Source of the DNA: Chara braunii
Lineage: Eukaryota; Plantae; Charophyceae
Length of the DNA stretch: 55,996 nucleotides
Assembly (NCBI GenBank): GCA_003427395.1
Contig: BFEA01000031.1
Span: 1,911,854 to 1,967,849 of the forward strand
Direction: 5' to 3'
Made by a program: the position numbers and the translations under genes. The notes below the pieces were generated by a model. The model had not been told where the DNA came from and ran no database searches. It saw only the letters and a program-made list of their open reading frames with translations. Shown here in pieces: positions 51,921-55,996 of this stretch (its first letter is position 1; each line of letters opens with the position of its first letter).

Positions 51921-53068
51921 ATTCTTACTAATTTCTTAGGCGTAATTTGATGGGTGCCCCAAGCATGTCAAAATAGCTGACAACACTGCAAAAAGGACAT
52001 GCAAAAGAAAAGACAGAATCCCCAAAGCAGCATCTCAGTGTGTTTCCGCACCAGACTCAGGAATCACCTAGCATCAGTGTTGTCAGGTCAATGGTGTCAC
52101 CCTCCAATTGGTCAGGGGCCGACCAGCCCATCGGTGCACCTGTCGGCTCCGACCGTTCAGCAGCTCGTCGGCACCCCACAGAAAACAAACAAAAAAAGCT
52201 AGCAGAACCACCATAACACCCAAATATTACCCCCCCCCCACTTTACCTCCCATGTCCCCCCCATAACCCCCCTAACACCCCCATACCNNNNNNNNNNNNN
52301 NNNNNNNNNNNNNNNNNNNNNNNNNNNNNNNNNNNNNNNNNNNNNNNCCCCCCCCCCCCCGAAATTTCTCAGCAGATTTGGGCTGTACTCAGCAATCGCA
52401 GTACAGCCTCAAAATCGGACCTTAAAAAAAACAGTTGATGGCTCTCTTTTGGCTGGTGGGCAGACCGCCGACCGGTTGGCTGCAAAACAGTCGGGGGTGC
52501 CTACCGTAGCTAAACAGGCATATGGGCGAGCCTTTCCCAACTCGGACAAGAACAGATTTGAAACATGAAGCAAAACAACTGCAGCTTTGAACAGCCACCA
52601 GACCTTAACTGTACATAAGCTTCTGATGAGATGCAAGCACAAACGTCCTCCAGCCCTTCGTGGATAGGAACACACCTCTGTTTGCAAGGGCCAAAAGAGA
52701 TGCCTTCGGTAGCCAGGGACGAAAGATGCATCTCTGCCTGTCCACAGTCACTGACATGAAAGGTCACGTCAATGCAGCATTGATGTAACACTCCCATAGA
52801 TGAGCTTCACAAACTGCTGTATATATCTATCCATAACAATATTGCGCCTCGTGATACCCATGGCAGCCAATTCTTCATCCATTAACAGGGGGACTATGAC
52901 CTTCCGTGGCTGTAACGGAAAGACATCTTTGCTGGTCGCCTGCAATTGTTCATCCTAAAGACTGCACGGGTCCACATACATTTGTTAGGAAGTTCTCCTT
53001 GCTCACATGCACAGCATGCAGGGGAGCGAGTGAAGACACAAATGAACAAAAGAGTGACGAGGACGCAC

Positions 53069-53188
53069 CATATCATGGAAATTCTTCTTCGCGGTAAATG
53101 TCATAGTTTTCTGGATAATTTTAAGGAACTGCTTGATGTAGTACAGAACAAAAAGGCCACAATCACAGTCGTTCTCCTGTTGAGGTAC
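53069..53188 (-). CDS. Exon with the catalytic Gln/Cys of a Ulp1/C48 SUMO protease (VPQQENDCDCGLFVLYYIKQFL...)
   Basis: TGTATGCAG|GTA ... ATG|GTGCGT, 120 nt, phase 0/0. PQQxNxxDCGxF is the C48 oxyanion/catalytic Cys motif. The His/Asp exons were not found and probably lie beyond the window end. Confidence 0.9.
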
Positions 53189-55612
53189 CTGCATACAACA
53201 AAGGAATCAATCGGACACCATTGAGCACGGTTCAGGGGAAAACAGCTGGCTTCCAACCAGTTGGCCCTAACCAGCTGACCGTTCGGCCAGTCCAGGGGCA
53301 CCAATCAGCAGGTGCCGATCCACCACGATGGCCCATTTCTTTTTCCTTTTGCTGCTTCTTTTTCTTGCTCTTTTTCTTCTTCATTATCTTCTTCGTTTTC
53401 TTCTTCTTTTTCTTTCTTCTCCTTCTCCTCCGCCTTCACCACAGTTATTTCAAAGACAAGTTTTTGGTTTATTGAGCTCTTTCAGATCTGTTCATTAATT
53501 TCGCTTCTATAGCGCCCTCACCTCCCCAATCGGGCAGAATTTTGCTTGACTTCGCTGTTCATAAAGCTTTTGCCCCCTCGTCCATTTTCCTTTTTTATTT
53601 TCAACGACGAAATTTTCAGAGAATCTAACAGTGAATAGAATCATCTCTGTATCCCTTACAACCTTACGCAGCCCAATTTACAAGCGACATCCTAGTTTTC
53701 AGAACTACAAGATACCCGACGATCGGTTGCGGATCAGTTGGCAGTTTGCATCGGCCATCGTGCGAGACTCAGGCCTCGGTAAGCCCGACTGGACCCTGTA
53801 TCAGCAACAACGGCCGCCCTAAGTGAAGGCAGGCCTACTGGACCCTGTATCAGCAACAACGGCCGCCCTAAGTGAAGGCAGGCCCTGGGCCAGACACGGG
53901 GCGTGAACTGAACACAGGCCGCTGGCAGTTGGACACGGGTAACCACCCCAGGCCCTGTGGAAGATTCCCCGGGACGGGCTCAGCCACTTGGGCCCTACCG
54001 GAAGCTTCCGTGGGGAGGCCCAGACCAGCCAGGCAGCCCACGACTGGCAGCCTCATTCCATAAAGGAAAGGGCCTGGCTGCTGGCTAACATTCGGGCACT
54101 CACTGCTTATGCGCAAGCGCTGCTGCACCAGCTGCTGGAGCGAGTGCCTACACGCTCACGGGCGAGCAGGGAAGACGCAGGCAGCCATAGCCAAGCTGGC
54201 CTGCGCGTTGCTGGATGGGGTGCATGGTGGTCCTTGGGTGCACGTGGCATCTGTGTGGGCGATCGAGGCTGTGAGCGAAGCGTGAGACATACCTGGTGCT
54301 TGAGGCGAAGTGCATTGGCCGAGATCTGCTCATACTTCGGGGAGCTGTTGACGTCACCAGCGGCATTGTAGATAGGCTAGACAGGATCTGCCATTCATAG
54401 TCTGGGCGCGAAGCGCCAGATAGGGATTCGACATTGGTTCATCGTTGATGATGATGAGACTATTCCAACATTGTCACTTGTGCGCTTTTGCTGTGCTCTT
54501 ATTTGGTGGAACTCAAGTTGCAATTCTGCTTTTGGTTCGAGGTCAAGACTATCTGGTTTCATGTGTATGATGCCGCTTGGTTTCTGGAATTCGCTATCGC
54601 TCATTTTCCTTGCAATCGGCTGACATGCCAACAAGATGATTGTTTGACACCGAATTGAGGACATATTCGGTCGAATGATGTAAATCTCATTCATCCTGAT
54701 TGTTTACCAGCGGATTGAGAGCATAACCAGTCATTTCCGTCACATGATTTTGAATCTCATCACAAATGGTTAACGGGGAACCCCAACTCAGGTTGGCTAC
54801 AGGCAAGGTAGCCAAAAACTCAGGTCGGCATCTATGATGCAGAGATCGGCATAACTCAGAACTGGCAAGGCGACAACAAAGCGTTTGGGGTCTGGAAAAC
54901 CAGGAAGCCTCCAGCACCATGCTTTCATGATGATCTCCTAGAGAGCAAAAAAGGAAAGCTGACATCGAGGATGAAAGCCAGAAGGCGTCCATGCCAAAGG
55001 AGTGACTATCCTTACTTCCCATGCAGATGTTCAGGGCCTGTTGTCATGCCACTAAGCGCCACAGAGATGGCGACAGCTCTTCCTGGACATAGACAGGTGA
55101 TCAGATGCTGAGCAGTTGGACTCCTTAACAGGAGTTAGATGGGACTGTTTTTGGATGTGTTCCTTCAATAGGAATTCGCATTTTCGAAGGACGGGTACAT
55201 GGTACGAGTGTACCCAACAGTCAATTCTTCCAAACGGAAGCTGTCAATGCTGGCAGGATTCCCCAGGCCGTGACATGGGGAAGAGTTTTAAAGTGGGTTT
55301 TTCTCAATGGAGGGATGCTGGACCCGGTTTCCAGCAGGTGCTGCTCGCTCCCACCAATATAAAGGAGCTCGAGATTTGGAAAGAGAAAAAAGAAAAAAAT
55401 TGAAAAAAAAAAGAAAAAAATAAATAAAGAAAGAAAAAAAGAAAAAAGAAAAAAATACGTATACATTTGGGCATAGTCACGGCCAAATTCCGTCGGTCGC
55501 ATCACACTACATCTAGCTGTGCCCATTTTCAGTCACATCGGACAGACTTTTCCGGATGGACGTGAGTGATCGCCACAGCGAGATTCACTTGCACTTTCTC
55601 CGATGTATTTAA

Positions 55613-55796
55613 ACCACCAGTTCAACTCCCAGCCATTTTCTACAATGCAGCTGTGCTCGTGCCACAAGTTTTGCGGGCCAGCCTACCAGAGCAAAATGGC
55701 TGGTGATGCCAGCCAAAGGACGTTTGGCGCTGATTCGGTTTGGTGTGCAGGGTTTTTTCCAGGCTCTGCAAGGGAAACGTCACAAGTACTGGTGGT
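55613..55796. mobile_element. TTAA-flanked MITE (184 bp)
   Basis: TTAA|ACCACCAGT ... ACTGGTGGT|TTAA. A related terminus AACCACCAGTACTTG also occurs at ~50414. Confidence 0.7.
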
Positions 55797-55996
55797 TTAA
55801 GTGAAGGTACTGCTGCATTCACCCGAATCACACTGACTTTACTGTATGTGTTTGAGCATAGTAAAAGGGCCTTTACCCGATATAGGCCTCAGGCCTTGTA
55901 AAAATAAAGCAGCACGGGCCTTGAAAAAGTAAAGCATTGTGAAAAGGTATCTCGTCAGAGCTCAGAAACGTGAAAGCAGGTCAAAGGTCAAGTTCT

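Noticed and set aside
52615-52655. Hammerhead-like CTGATGA
   Set aside because: No GAAA core after stem II and no convincing stems I or III.
52769-52939. Possible alternative phase-0 exon (ATSKDVF...YIQQFVKLI...*) after the catalytic exon
   Set aside because: Only 56 codons with a weak acceptor, and it would truncate the domain before the WF motif. The resemblance to YIKQFLKII may be chance.

Overview
This is eukaryotic, repeat-rich DNA with long introns, microsatellites and assembly gaps. Plant-type U6 sequence and Ty3/L1/Penelope-like relics suggest a streptophyte with a large genome, such as a charophyte alga (inference). The only host gene I can support is the 3' part of a minus-strand ULP1/OTS-type SUMO protease (peptidase C48). 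It has four phase-0 exons: 53188-53069 (catalytic Gln/Cys), 48249-48124, 46562-44466 and 33461-30297. The last two are large, apparently paralogous, disordered exons rich in SUMO-interacting-motif (SIM) candidates. The rest is transposon debris (Ty3/gypsy pol and integrase relics, an L1 3' end, a Penelope-like RT fragment, hAT, Tc1/pogo and TTAA-flanked MITEs, LTR-like repeats, tRNA-like heads), four U6 pseudogene fragments and a Nextera adapter artefact. The most unusual signal is non-coding: an array of about 16 hairpins at 10125-11377, the first ten about 63 bp apart. They share a CCCTA-ACCC-TAGGG cap and an asymmetric internal loop, while the outer stems differ in sequence but stay complementary. 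That pattern suggests selection on a single-stranded RNA or DNA structure rather than a simple tandem repeat.
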